Shown here one piece after another: positions 8,572 through 16,569 of a stretch of DNA of 33,338 nucleotides. The stretch covers positions 1 to 33,338 of the forward strand of contig JAFTCS010000235.1 of the NCBI GenBank assembly GCA_017454565.1, in the 5' to 3' direction. This DNA comes from Clostridia bacterium. GTDB taxonomy: Bacteria; Bacillota; Clostridia; Oscillospirales; Acutalibacteraceae. The translations under genes were made by a program, and so were the position numbers. The notes under the pieces are model-generated. The model did not search any database, was not told where the DNA came from, and saw only the letters and a list, made by a program, of their open reading frames with translations. Within the stretch, counting starts at the first letter, position 1; each line of letters starts with the position of its first letter.

Positions 8572-8627
8572 GGGTGCAGGGGCTGCGTCCCTGCCGGGGG
8601 ATCCAAGGGGTGAGCAACCCCTTGGTG
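8572..8627 (-). repeat. Type-1 hairpin repeat, inverted copy, inside the cotH 3' UTR
   Basis: The reverse complement reads CCAAGGGGT-TGCTC-ACCCCTTGG..GGCAGGGACGCAGCCCCTGCACCC. This aligns with 5641-5697. Confidence 0.75.
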
Positions 8628-8652
8628 GGGTTCGGAGCAAGGCCCTGATACA

Positions 8653-10563
8653 TCAGGGTTTCGCATTTTTGTAGGTGTCAATTATCTGTGAGCGGAACTG
8701 CTCAAAGGACATGTTCTCCCTGTCGCCGCCGTTTTTGTTGCCGTCCAGACTGAACCTGAAGTTTTCATCCTGATTCTCAAATGTCGTATAAGGCGTGATG
8801 ATGCTCTCATAGTTGCTCTTGGCAGTGTTGTACATCTTGTTGAAGTCTGCATCACTGGTGAGCATCTCGGTCTGTGACAGCTTCCTGAGGGCCTCGGTAT
8901 ACTTGTTCCTTATGTACATCAGCTCGGAAGTGGTATCGTGGGTGACGGTCTGCCTGATAAGCGGGTTTTCCTGATTGCTCTGAGTAGCCGCATAACTCGA
9001 ATAAGGATTCCTTGTAGCACAGTTCTTGTTCAGACCGTAGGTGATCCCTAAAGTACGGTCGTTGTCGTAAACAATAAAAATAGCCTTGCCGTTATCCTTG
9101 CGGAAATAGAGATAATGGTTGTTGGAGGTGTTGCGGATATCGTCAGGATCCCCGGCAAAGTATGATGCCGCCATGAATGAGGCGTAATAATCCACGTCAA
9201 GAACCTTTTCCAGCTCGCTTTTGCTCAGGTTTGACTTGTTTATAACATTGAGGAAATTCTTCAGTGACTCGTGCTTTGAAGTTTTCTTGTTTGTTTTAAG
9301 GTTAAAATTGAACCTGATGCCATTTTCGTTGTCCTGAATACCATAGCAGTTGTCGGTCTTGTAGGTGCTTCCTCTCCATCGTCCGGTGTGAACACCGCTG
9401 TTGTTGCAGTCTGACCACAGGCACTTGTAAAGATCGCCGCCTAAAGCAGCTTCGGGAAGCCTCTTTTCAAGGAAATTCTTGTCGATCGGCTCGTATATCT
9501 TTACCAGACCATAATTATTGCCGTTTATTACAAGCTGTGAAAGGCTTATCTTCTGCACAAGAACATTTGCCGACTCAAAAAGCTTAGTTGCGTATATCTC
9601 TTTGATATTCGTGTTGTCATAGCATATATTCCACTTTATATCCATTTCGTTGAGGGTGGCAAAGGTACGCTTTTTACGCGCCTTACGGGCATTGTCGTCA
9701 GTCCAGACCTTTGCCGTGGAACCGTATTCATCCTTGTCGTCAAAGGTCTCGTCAAAGCTAAGCTTGAAGCTGCATAAATTCGGCCTGCCGTTTTTCGCAT
9801 AAAAAGGCTCGATCGACTGATTACCTTTCATGCGTATGCCCACCTCTTCAATCGTATAGCTCTTTGAGCCTACCTTAACAGTCAGGTTTGCCATGCGGTA
9901 GATACCCGATTTTGTGCTGTCATTCTTGCCGGTAAATCTGTTGTAATCCGCCTGGAGCTTGTCTATTTCGCTCTTGTCAATAGATATCTCCACGCTCACC
10001 TTGTTTTCTATATTGAAAAGCTCGTTATACAGCTCAATTCCGCCAATATCATTGTCTGATGCGGGAGTATCCGGTGTAACCGGCTCAGGCTTTGAAGGTT
10101 CCGGCTCACTGCTTACCTGTGACGGCTTGCTCGGCTCGTCAGGCTTTGAGGACTGCGATACCTGTGAAGGCTCGGCCGGCTGTGAGCTTACCGCTGCTTT
10201 CGAGCTTTCCTCGGCCGGCTTTGATATTTCCGAAACGGTTGAAGCTGCCGGAACGTCCGATATCTGCCCGGAAGCTTCCTTGGAGCTTTGTACTGATGAC
10301 TGTGCAGCCGGACTGCTGCTGTCGGATGTCTTTGACTCATTTACAGAGCTTTCAGCCTGAGAGTCTGTACTTTTGTCGGTATCTTCGCTCTCCTGAGATG
10401 CCGTTTCCGACACGGACGAGCTTTCCTTTGCGGATACGTCTTCAATAGCTGACGTCCATGCTGATGCTGCATTACTGTTCTGACCGGAACCATTGCCGGC
10501 GCATCCGGCAAAACCCGATACGGCAATAAGAACGGCAATAAGCAGCGCTGTCTTTTTCTTCAT
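8653..10563 (-). CDS. cotH: CotH-family protein (atypical kinase fold) with lipoprotein signal and Ser/Glu/Pro-rich linker
   Basis: MKKKTALLIAVLIAVSGFAGC lipobox, followed by about 150 aa of low-complexity S/E/P sequence. The 450-aa C-terminal region resembles the CotH family as I recall it (..NYGLVKIYEPIDKNFLEKRL..GDLYK..NHYLY..). The start could also be 10581. Confidence 0.65.
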   Translation of the reverse strand: MKKKTALLIAVLIAVSGFAGCAGNGSGQNSNAASAWTSAIEDVSAKESSSVSETASQESEDTDKSTDSQAESSVNESKTSDSSSPAAQSSVQSSKEASGQISDVPAASTVSEISKPAEESSKAAVSSQPAEPSQVSQSSKPDEPSKPSQVSSEPEPSKPEPVTPDTPASDNDIGGIELYNELFNIENKVSVEISIDKSEIDKLQADYNRFTGKNDSTKSGIYRMANLTVKVGSKSYTIEEVGIRMKGNQSIEPFYAKNGRPNLCSFKLSFDETFDDKDEYGSTAKVWTDDNARKARKKRTFATLNEMDIKWNICYDNTNIKEIYATKLFESANVLVQKISLSQLVINGNNYGLVKIYEPIDKNFLEKRLPEAALGGDLYKCLWSDCNNSGVHTGRWRGSTYKTDNCYGIQDNENGIRFNFNLKTNKKTSKHESLKNFLNVINKSNLSKSELEKVLDVDYYASFMAASYFAGDPDDIRNTSNNHYLYFRKDNGKAIFIVYDNDRTLGITYGLNKNCATRNPYSSYAATQSNQENPLIRQTVTHDTTSELMYIRNKYTEALRKLSQTEMLTSDADFNKMYNTAKSNYESIITPYTTFENQDENFRFSLDGNKNGGDRENMSFEQFRSQIIDTYKNAKP

Positions 10564-10583
10564 TGATTTACCGCCTTTCATTT

Positions 10584-11666
10584 TCAGGATCCTGTAATGG
10601 TGCCGCCGCAGAGCAGCAGTTCACCGCTGTAGCATACAAGCGCCTGACCCGGTGTTATCGCCCGCTGCGGTGAGTCGAAAACCACCTTGACTGAGGTTTC
10701 CGAAAGCGGGTAGATGGTGCAGGGCTGAGCCTTCATATTATAGCGCACCTTTGCTTCCGCCGGAACAGGCTTTTCCGGAGCTGCAACCGAGAGCCAGTTA
10801 ACTTCATCGGCAAAAACCGTGTCTGAGAACAGTTCCTCATTACTGCCGAGGATCACTGTATTAGCCTTTGTATCCTTGGATAAAACATAGGCAGGCTTGC
10901 CGAGAGCGATGCCCAGACCCTTGCGCTGACCTATTGTGTAGCGTATAATGCCGCTGTGCTCGCCCAGAATATTTCCCTGTCTGTCTATAAAATTTCCCTT
11001 AGGGAATTGCTTACCCGTAAAGGATTCGATAAAAGCAGCGTAGTCTCCGTCAGGCACAAAGCAGATATCCTGACTGTCAGGCTTTGCGGCATTGATAAGA
11101 CCGAGCTGAGCGGCCGTCTCACGGGTCTCGGCCTTTGTAAGCTCCCCTACGGGAAACAGCGTATGCTCAAGCTGCTCCTGAGTGAGTCCGTAGAGAACAT
11201 AGCTCTGGTCCTTTGCAGAGTCCCTGCCTTTAAGGAGCTGAAAGCGGCCGGTCTCTTCATCAAAACGGCGCCTTACATAATGCCCGGTGGCTATATAATC
11301 CTGTCCGAGTATCTGTGCCCTTTTTAAAAGAGCGTCAAATTTCAGAAATCTGTTGCAGTCTATACACGGGTTAGGCGTAAGACCGTTTATGTAAGCATTG
11401 CTGAAACGCTTCATTACACACTCGCGGAAACGCTCTCCGAACTGAAAAACATAATGCTGAAAGCCCAGCTTATGCGCAACAAATCTGGCGTCCTCTACAT
11501 CGTCAAGAGAGCAGCAGGTCTTTTCCTTGCTAAGCTGAATGTCCTCGTTTGCAAAAAGCTTCATGGTCGCGCCTGTCACCTCGTAATCCCTGAGGAGAAG
11601 AGCAGCCGCCACCGAGCTGTCAACACCGCCGCTCATAGCAACAAGCACCTTTTTTTTATCGCTCAT
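10584..11666 (-). CDS. mnmA: tRNA 2-thiouridine(34) synthase MnmA
   Basis: PP-loop SGGVDSS, the PNPCIDCN motif and a length of about 360 aa. ATG 11666 is preceded by AGGTG. The track start at 11675 is a GTG directly after the upstream stop. Confidence 0.9.
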   Translation of the reverse strand: MSDKKKVLVAMSGGVDSSVAAALLLRDYEVTGATMKLFANEDIQLSKEKTCCSLDDVEDARFVAHKLGFQHYVFQFGERFRECVMKRFSNAYINGLTPNPCIDCNRFLKFDALLKRAQILGQDYIATGHYVRRRFDEETGRFQLLKGRDSAKDQSYVLYGLTQEQLEHTLFPVGELTKAETRETAAQLGLINAAKPDSQDICFVPDGDYAAFIESFTGKQFPKGNFIDRQGNILGEHSGIIRYTIGQRKGLGIALGKPAYVLSKDTKANTVILGSNEELFSDTVFADEVNWLSVAAPEKPVPAEAKVRYNMKAQPCTIYPLSETSVKVVFDSPQRAITPGQALVCYSGELLLCGGTITGS

Positions 11667-11675
11667 CCGGTACAC

Positions 11676-12377
11676 CTATCTTTCGTTCACAACGTCCCAG
11701 GGCGTAAGCATGCCTAATATCCTGCCGCTGATGGAGCCGTTGTCTGTAATGAATATTACCGCTAAACGCTTGCTGCGTCCTGCACGGTTCTCAAATTCAT
11801 TCTTGGCCTCAAACAGAGTAGCTGTACGCGGCAGAAAAACGAACCTCTCGCTTTCGTGCTTGTCTGGCGGCAGCAGCTCCATAAAGTCCTCTATAAGCAT
11901 ATCGTCCTTCAGGGCTTCCATACCGTGGCGCAAAGCATAGCTGAAAAATGTTCCTATGCTGAAAACACCCGTCAGAACGCCGTTATCTATTACAGGGACA
12001 TGAGAAAAGCCCTGTTTCTGCATTTTTTTCATAAGGGTAATCGCCTTGTTTTTGGAGCCTGCTTTCAGGATATCCGCAAAAAGCGTGGAGTAGGAAATAG
12101 CCAGCGGCGGCCTGCAGACATAATCGTTGACTTCATCCAAAAAGCGTATCATTCCTTCCGAAGGCTCAACCAGCGGTTCACCGTCTATCTCTGCATGATG
12201 CGAAAGGAAATTCCTGACCTCGCGGCACATGTTGAGTTTTTCGCGGAAAGGCTTACCCTCCTTATCGGTAATGAACCGCATAACAGGACTGCCGCTTTTT
12301 TCGTCATAGTTAAATTTTTCCGAAAGCTGTTCCTCCAAGGTCTTGTATTTTTCCAGAAAATCATCGGCCCTGCTCAT
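11676..12377 (-). CDS. HEPN-like N-terminal domain fused to a CBS-pair domain; function unknown
   Basis: The C-terminal 140 aa show a CBS-pair pattern (..HVPVIDNGVLTGVFS.. and ..AVIFITDNGSISGRILGMLTPWDV..). The N-terminal helical region carries VRNFLSH, an R-N-x3-H (Rx4H) motif, at 12198-12215. ATG 12377 is preceded by AGGAGG. Confidence 0.55.
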   Translation of the reverse strand: MSRADDFLEKYKTLEEQLSEKFNYDEKSGSPVMRFITDKEGKPFREKLNMCREVRNFLSHHAEIDGEPLVEPSEGMIRFLDEVNDYVCRPPLAISYSTLFADILKAGSKNKAITLMKKMQKQGFSHVPVIDNGVLTGVFSIGTFFSYALRHGMEALKDDMLIEDFMELLPPDKHESERFVFLPRTATLFEAKNEFENRAGRSKRLAVIFITDNGSISGRILGMLTPWDVVNER

Positions 12378-12430
12378 ATTATCCCTCCTCATTACGGCAA
12401 TGATCCCAAATCCGGTCTGTCAGTCCGGAA

Positions 12431-14032
12431 TCATGTTACCTCGTACCTTTCTGCAAGATACTCGTCGTATGATTCCGTAACATCCCTGATCCCGTCCTTT
12501 TCAAGTACAATTATCCTGTTGGCAACGGTAGATATGAACTCATGGTCATGTGATGTAAACAGTACAACACCTTTAAAGTTTTGCAGACCTTTGTTCACGG
12601 CTGTGATGGATTCCAGATCAAGATGGTTGGTAGGCTGGTCAAGTATCAGGCAGTTTGCGCCGAACATCATCATTCTTGAAAGCATGCAGCGCACTCTCTC
12701 TCCGCCCGAAAGCACATTTACAGGCTTGAAAACGTCATCGCCGGAGAAAAGCATCCTGCCAAGGAAACCGCGCAGATAGGTGTCGGTGTCATCGCTGCCC
12801 CTCACATACTGACGTATCCAGTCTATAATACTCATTTCGTTGCCGTCAAAGAATGCCGTGTTATCCTTCGGAAAATAGGACTGAGACGTGCTTATGCCCC
12901 ACTTGAAGGTGCCCTCGTCCGGCTCCATGTTTTCGGTTATTATCTCAAAAAGGGCTGTGATCGTGTTTTCGTTTTCGCAGATGAAGGCTACCTTGTCGGT
13001 GCGCTCGATCCTGAAAGAAACATTGTCCAGCACTTTTTCGCCGTCAATGGTCTTTGTCAGACCCTCAACGGTAAGCACCTCCTTGCCCACTTCCCTGTCC
13101 ATAGTGAAGCCCACAAAGGGATACCTTCTGCTGGAAGCCGGCAGTTCCTCAACGGTGAGCTTGTCAAGCAGCTTTCTTCTTGAGGTCGCCTGCTTTGACT
13201 TTGACTTGTTAGCAGAAAAACGCTGTATAAAGCTTTGCAGTTCCTTGATCTTTTCCTCGTTCTTCTTGTTCTGCTGCTTTATCATAGCCTGAATAAGCTG
13301 TGACGACTCGTACCAGAACTCATAGTTGCCCACATACAGCTTTATCTTGTTGTAGTCTATATCTACCATGTGTGTGCAGACCGTATTCAGAAAATGTCTG
13401 TCATGCGAAACAACTATTACGGTACCCTCGTAGTCCATAATGAAATCCTCAAGCCACGCAATAGCCTTTACGTCAAGATCATTGGTAGGCTCGTCCAGCA
13501 GAATTATCTCCGGGCTGCCGAAAAGAGCCTGAGCAAGCAGCACCTTGACCTTCTCGTTACCGGTGAGAGTGCTCATCATGGAATACAGTATTTCCTCTGG
13601 CAGACCGAGACCCTGAACCAGCTTTGATGCGTCGCTTTCGGCCTCCCAGCCGTTCAGCTCGGCAAACTCCGACTCAAGCTCGGAAGCCCTGATGCCGTCC
13701 TCGTCGGAAAAGTCCTCCTTGGAATAAATGGCGTCCTTCTCTTTCATTATATCATAAAGCTTTTTGTTGCCGTAGATGACCGTGTTCAATACAGTGTAGT
13801 CATCAAAAGCAAAGTGATCCTGCTTCAGCACCGACATTCTGGTATTCTCAGGGATAATGACCTCGCCCTTGGTCGGCTCAAGATCTCCGGAAAGCACCCT
13901 GAGAAATGTAGACTTACCCGCACCGTTTGCACCGATAATTCCGTAGCAGTTTCCGTCGGTGAATTTCAGGTCAACATCAGAAAACAGCGGCGTACCGCTG
14001 AAATTGACAGATACGTTTGAAACTGTGATCAT
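12431..14032 (-). CDS. ABC-F family ATPase, YbiT/YkpA-like, with degenerate second nucleotide-binding site
   Basis: 533 aa, collinear with E. coli YbiT as I recall it. NBD1 has Walker A GANGAGKST and Walker B ILLDEPTN. The inter-domain linker contains SFIQRFSANKSKSKQATSR. NBD2 has signature LSGGE, but its Walker A position reads CENENTIT and its Walker B reads LILDQPT. Confidence 0.85.
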   Translation of the reverse strand: MITVSNVSVNFSGTPLFSDVDLKFTDGNCYGIIGANGAGKSTFLRVLSGDLEPTKGEVIIPENTRMSVLKQDHFAFDDYTVLNTVIYGNKKLYDIMKEKDAIYSKEDFSDEDGIRASELESEFAELNGWEAESDASKLVQGLGLPEEILYSMMSTLTGNEKVKVLLAQALFGSPEIILLDEPTNDLDVKAIAWLEDFIMDYEGTVIVVSHDRHFLNTVCTHMVDIDYNKIKLYVGNYEFWYESSQLIQAMIKQQNKKNEEKIKELQSFIQRFSANKSKSKQATSRRKLLDKLTVEELPASSRRYPFVGFTMDREVGKEVLTVEGLTKTIDGEKVLDNVSFRIERTDKVAFICENENTITALFEIITENMEPDEGTFKWGISTSQSYFPKDNTAFFDGNEMSIIDWIRQYVRGSDDTDTYLRGFLGRMLFSGDDVFKPVNVLSGGERVRCMLSRMMMFGANCLILDQPTNHLDLESITAVNKGLQNFKGVVLFTSHDHEFISTVANRIIVLEKDGIRDVTESYDEYLAERYEVT

Positions 14033-14063
14033 TCTTTCTTTTCTCCCTTATATTTTTTTGCGT

Positions 14064-14582
14064 TCAGCCCTGCGAGGGACTGTTTTCCCAGTCATATTCC
14101 CTGAGTCTGCCGAAATTCTGCAGTTCGGGGTAATCCCACTGGCGAAGTATCTCATAGACCGCGATAGCCACCGAATTTGACAGGTTAAGACTCCTTATAC
14201 CCGTAAGCATCGGTATTCTTACAGTCGTTTCCGGATTTTCAAACAGCAGCCATTCCGGCAGACCCTTTGTTTCCTTGCCAAAGACTATGTAGCAGTTATC
14301 GGGGTAGCTTATCGCTGTATAGGATCTCGGCGCCTTTGTCGAAAAATAATAGAACTTCCCGTCCTTATTTCTCGCAAAAAAGTCATCAAGATTCTCATAA
14401 TATGTTATGTCAAGATAATGCCAATAGTCAAGACCTGCCCGTTTCAGGTGCTTATCAGTGGGAGTAAAACCCATGGGCTTAACGATATGCAGTCTGGCAC
14501 CCGTGGCGGCACAGGTTCTGGCAATGTTGCCGGTATTCGGCGGTATCTCAGGTTCTACAAGAACGATATTAAGTACAGACAT
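14064..14582 (-). CDS. trmL: tRNA (cytidine/uridine(34)-2'-O)-methyltransferase TrmL (SpoU/TrmH family)
   Basis: MSVLNIVLVEPEIPPNTGNIARTCAATG..LNLSNSVAIAVYE closely parallels E. coli TrmL. The 50-codon N-terminal extension in the ORF track runs into a repeat element and is not credible. Confidence 0.85.
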   Translation of the reverse strand: MSVLNIVLVEPEIPPNTGNIARTCAATGARLHIVKPMGFTPTDKHLKRAGLDYWHYLDITYYENLDDFFARNKDGKFYYFSTKAPRSYTAISYPDNCYIVFGKETKGLPEWLLFENPETTVRIPMLTGIRSLNLSNSVAIAVYEILRQWDYPELQNFGRLREYDWENSPSQG

Positions 14583-14633
14583 TTTTCTTTTCCTTTTTAA
14601 TTTATACCAAATAAAATGTAATAATTTTGAAAT

Positions 14634-15041
14634 CCTGTCGGGTGCGTGACCGCACTGGACGATTATGTTTAGGAAACACTCTTTGCATCGTTGCCTTATC
14701 CGTTCCCAAAACGAAATCGACAGCGGAGGCACTCCGCTCGGCGCTTCTTCTTCGCAGAGGTCTCCACTGGAGACCCGCGCCCCGAAAACGCTGTTTATCG
14801 TTTTCAGAGTTTCACGGATTCAGGATTCAATAAAAAGTATAAATTTTAAGAGCCTGAGTTATCAGGGGCTTACGAGTCTCACCTGTCGGGTGCGTGACCG
14901 CACTGGACGATTATGTTTTGGAAACAAGCTTTGCAGCGTTGCCTTATCCGTTCCCAAAACGAAATCGACAGCGGAGGCACTCCGCTCGGCGCTTCTGCGG
15001 TGCCTCGGTCTCCACCGGAGACCCGCGCCCCACCGAAAACG
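14634..15041 (+). repeat. Tandem duplication (period 248 bp) of a composite hairpin repeat
   Basis: 14634-14790 and 14882-15041 are about 90% identical (CCTGTCGGGTGCGTGACCGCACTGGACGATTATGTTT...GGTCTCCAC(T/C)GGAGACCCGCGCCCC..GAAAACG). The spacer 14791-14881 carries other family modules in reverse orientation. Confidence 0.85.
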
Positions 15042-15079
15042 AACATTATTCTTTGGGTAGTTCCAGGAAGATAGCAGTA

Positions 15080-16267
15080 TCAGTCGCTGATGGCGGCACA
15101 GTAGCCGCGTGTCGGGTCGTTCACAAAAACATGGGTCACAGCGGCAATGAGCCTGCCGGTCTGCAGCACGGGACTGCCGCTCATTCCCTGAACGATACCG
15201 CCGGTCTTTTTCAGGAGATATTCGTCGGTGATGTGAATTATCACGTTCTTGTTGTCGGAATTGTCGTTGTAGCTGACCTCTTCCACCTCTACGTTATATT
15301 CACGAGGCTCATCACCGTCAATTGTGGTGAGCATAACGGCAGGCCCCCGGACGATCTCGTGCCGGAACGCAACAGGCGTTGTGGTCTGGTTTTCGGGCAG
15401 GTTGCTCAGTCTGCCGTATACACCGTGAGAAGTGTTGGCGGTCAGGGTGCCTATGGCTTCACTGCCGCTGAAATGGCCGATGAGCGAACCGGGAGTGCCG
15501 CATATACTTTTGCTCACGGAGGTTATTTCGGCGTTTACGACATCGCCCTCAAGCATGGGCATCAGACAGCCGCTTTCGGTGTCGCAAATGCCGTGTCCAA
15601 GCCCGAAAAAGCTTCCGTCCTCAGGGTCGGTGAAGGTAAGCGTACCCAGTCCGGCAATGCTGTCACGGATGTGCAGACCCAGCTTCAGCAAACCTTCGTC
15701 GGCATCGTAGACAGGCGTTATGCTCGTGCGGAAAACCCTGCCTTCGCGTTTAACGTCAAGGGTAACGGCGCCGTCGCAGGAGCCGACTATATATTGAAGC
15801 TGCTCGTTTGTTCTGAGTCTGGTGTCGTTTGCCCTGAGCAGAATGTCGCCCTTTTCAATACCGGCTTTTTCGGCAGGACATTCCCCGCCGCTTTTTGTCC
15901 TGACTGCTGAGGTCGAGGATACTACAAGTCCTTCGGTGTATATCCGTATGCCGAAAGGCTTGCCGCTGACGATCACGTTTTTGCGCGGGGTGATCTCCAC
16001 GTCCACGCTTTTCACCGGGAAAAAGCCGAAGATCATCATGCGCGCTTTCAGTCTGCTTTTTCCGGCCGATGAATCAAGGGAAGCCGAAACCGTATTACGG
16101 CTGTCGTATTGCAGTGAAAGAGGGAAGGAGCCTCCAAGAACTTCGTTTTCCGGGCATGCCATGGTGAGCTTTGACGGCGTGAAGTGCTCTACCATGACAG
16201 CCATGACGAACAGTACGCACAATACCGGCGCAGCAAGATATACCAGTCTTCTGATAAATCGTTTCAT
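15080..16267 (-). CDS. spoIVB: SpoIVB peptidase (S55 family, PDZ-containing sporulation signalling protease)
   Basis: N-terminal TM segment, a PDZ-like segment (..AEKAGIEKGDILL..) and the protease motifs LGHGICD and GMSGSPV. ATG 16267 is preceded by AGGAGGTG. Confidence 0.85.
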   Translation of the reverse strand: MKRFIRRLVYLAAPVLCVLFVMAVMVEHFTPSKLTMACPENEVLGGSFPLSLQYDSRNTVSASLDSSAGKSRLKARMMIFGFFPVKSVDVEITPRKNVIVSGKPFGIRIYTEGLVVSSTSAVRTKSGGECPAEKAGIEKGDILLRANDTRLRTNEQLQYIVGSCDGAVTLDVKREGRVFRTSITPVYDADEGLLKLGLHIRDSIAGLGTLTFTDPEDGSFFGLGHGICDTESGCLMPMLEGDVVNAEITSVSKSICGTPGSLIGHFSGSEAIGTLTANTSHGVYGRLSNLPENQTTTPVAFRHEIVRGPAVMLTTIDGDEPREYNVEVEEVSYNDNSDNKNVIIHITDEYLLKKTGGIVQGMSGSPVLQTGRLIAAVTHVFVNDPTRGYCAAISD

Positions 16268-16460
16268 AGCTACACCTCCTTGTGATTCGGACAAATTTAC
16301 AAAAATGCACCGCATAAAGCTGTGCGCAAATATATTTTTCCCAATAAAATGAGAAGTAAACCTTTGATTATTTTAGTGATAAAATCAGATGGATGATTTA
16401 TTATGCTGAGAAAATTATTGTTATAATTACCAAAGATTAGATTGTTTTTTTGTATGTGTG

Positions 16461-16490
16461 TTGACAACCATACTGCTGAACTGGTAGAAT
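16461..16490 (+). promoter_or_regulatory. Sigma-A-like promoter with extended -10 upstream of yicC
   Basis: TTGACA (16461-16466), 18 nt, TGgTAGAAT (-10 at 16485-16490). Confidence 0.5.
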
Positions 16491-16569
16491 AAATTGTCAA
16501 GAGGCATGACCTTCGGTTTGCCGGATGTGTCGGACCCGAAAAATAATAAGATGAAATGATGTGATAAAC

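Noticed and set aside
8254-8613. 119-aa ORF in the AT-rich tract
   Set aside because: It starts at a non-ATG codon and has no Shine-Dalgarno sequence. Its composition is AT-driven (F/I/L/K/N-rich) and it runs through the cotH terminator and repeat hairpins.
11856-12779. 307-aa ORF on the + strand
   Set aside because: It is antisense to both the HEPN/CBS gene and the ABC-F gene. It crosses their intergenic spacer and has no recognisable motifs, so it is a shadow ORF.
14583-14732. 50-codon N-terminal extension of the trmL ORF
   Set aside because: TrmL homologues start at the MSVLNIV.. equivalent. The extension is encoded by the repeat element at 14634 onward and has no RBS.
14759-14775. GGTCTC/GAGACC (BsaI-type) sites in the conserved hairpin as a restriction-modification or engineering signature
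   Set aside because: The sites are simply the two arms of the palindromic stem GGTCTCC-N3-GGAGACC. Nothing else suggests synthetic origin or an R-M system in the window.
14634-15041. Possible CRISPR array
   Set aside because: There are only two repeat units of about 158 bp with a period of 248 bp. Both values are far outside CRISPR repeat and spacer dimensions, and no cas genes are present.
14894-15910. 338-aa ORF on the + strand
   Set aside because: It is antisense to the well-supported spoIVB gene and begins inside the repeat element. It has no RBS and an Ala/Gly/Arg-rich shadow-frame composition.
16268-16360. Sigma-F/G-type promoter upstream of spoIVB
   Set aside because: Such a promoter is expected biologically. 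I found only weak partial matches (GCATT..), not enough to call coordinates.
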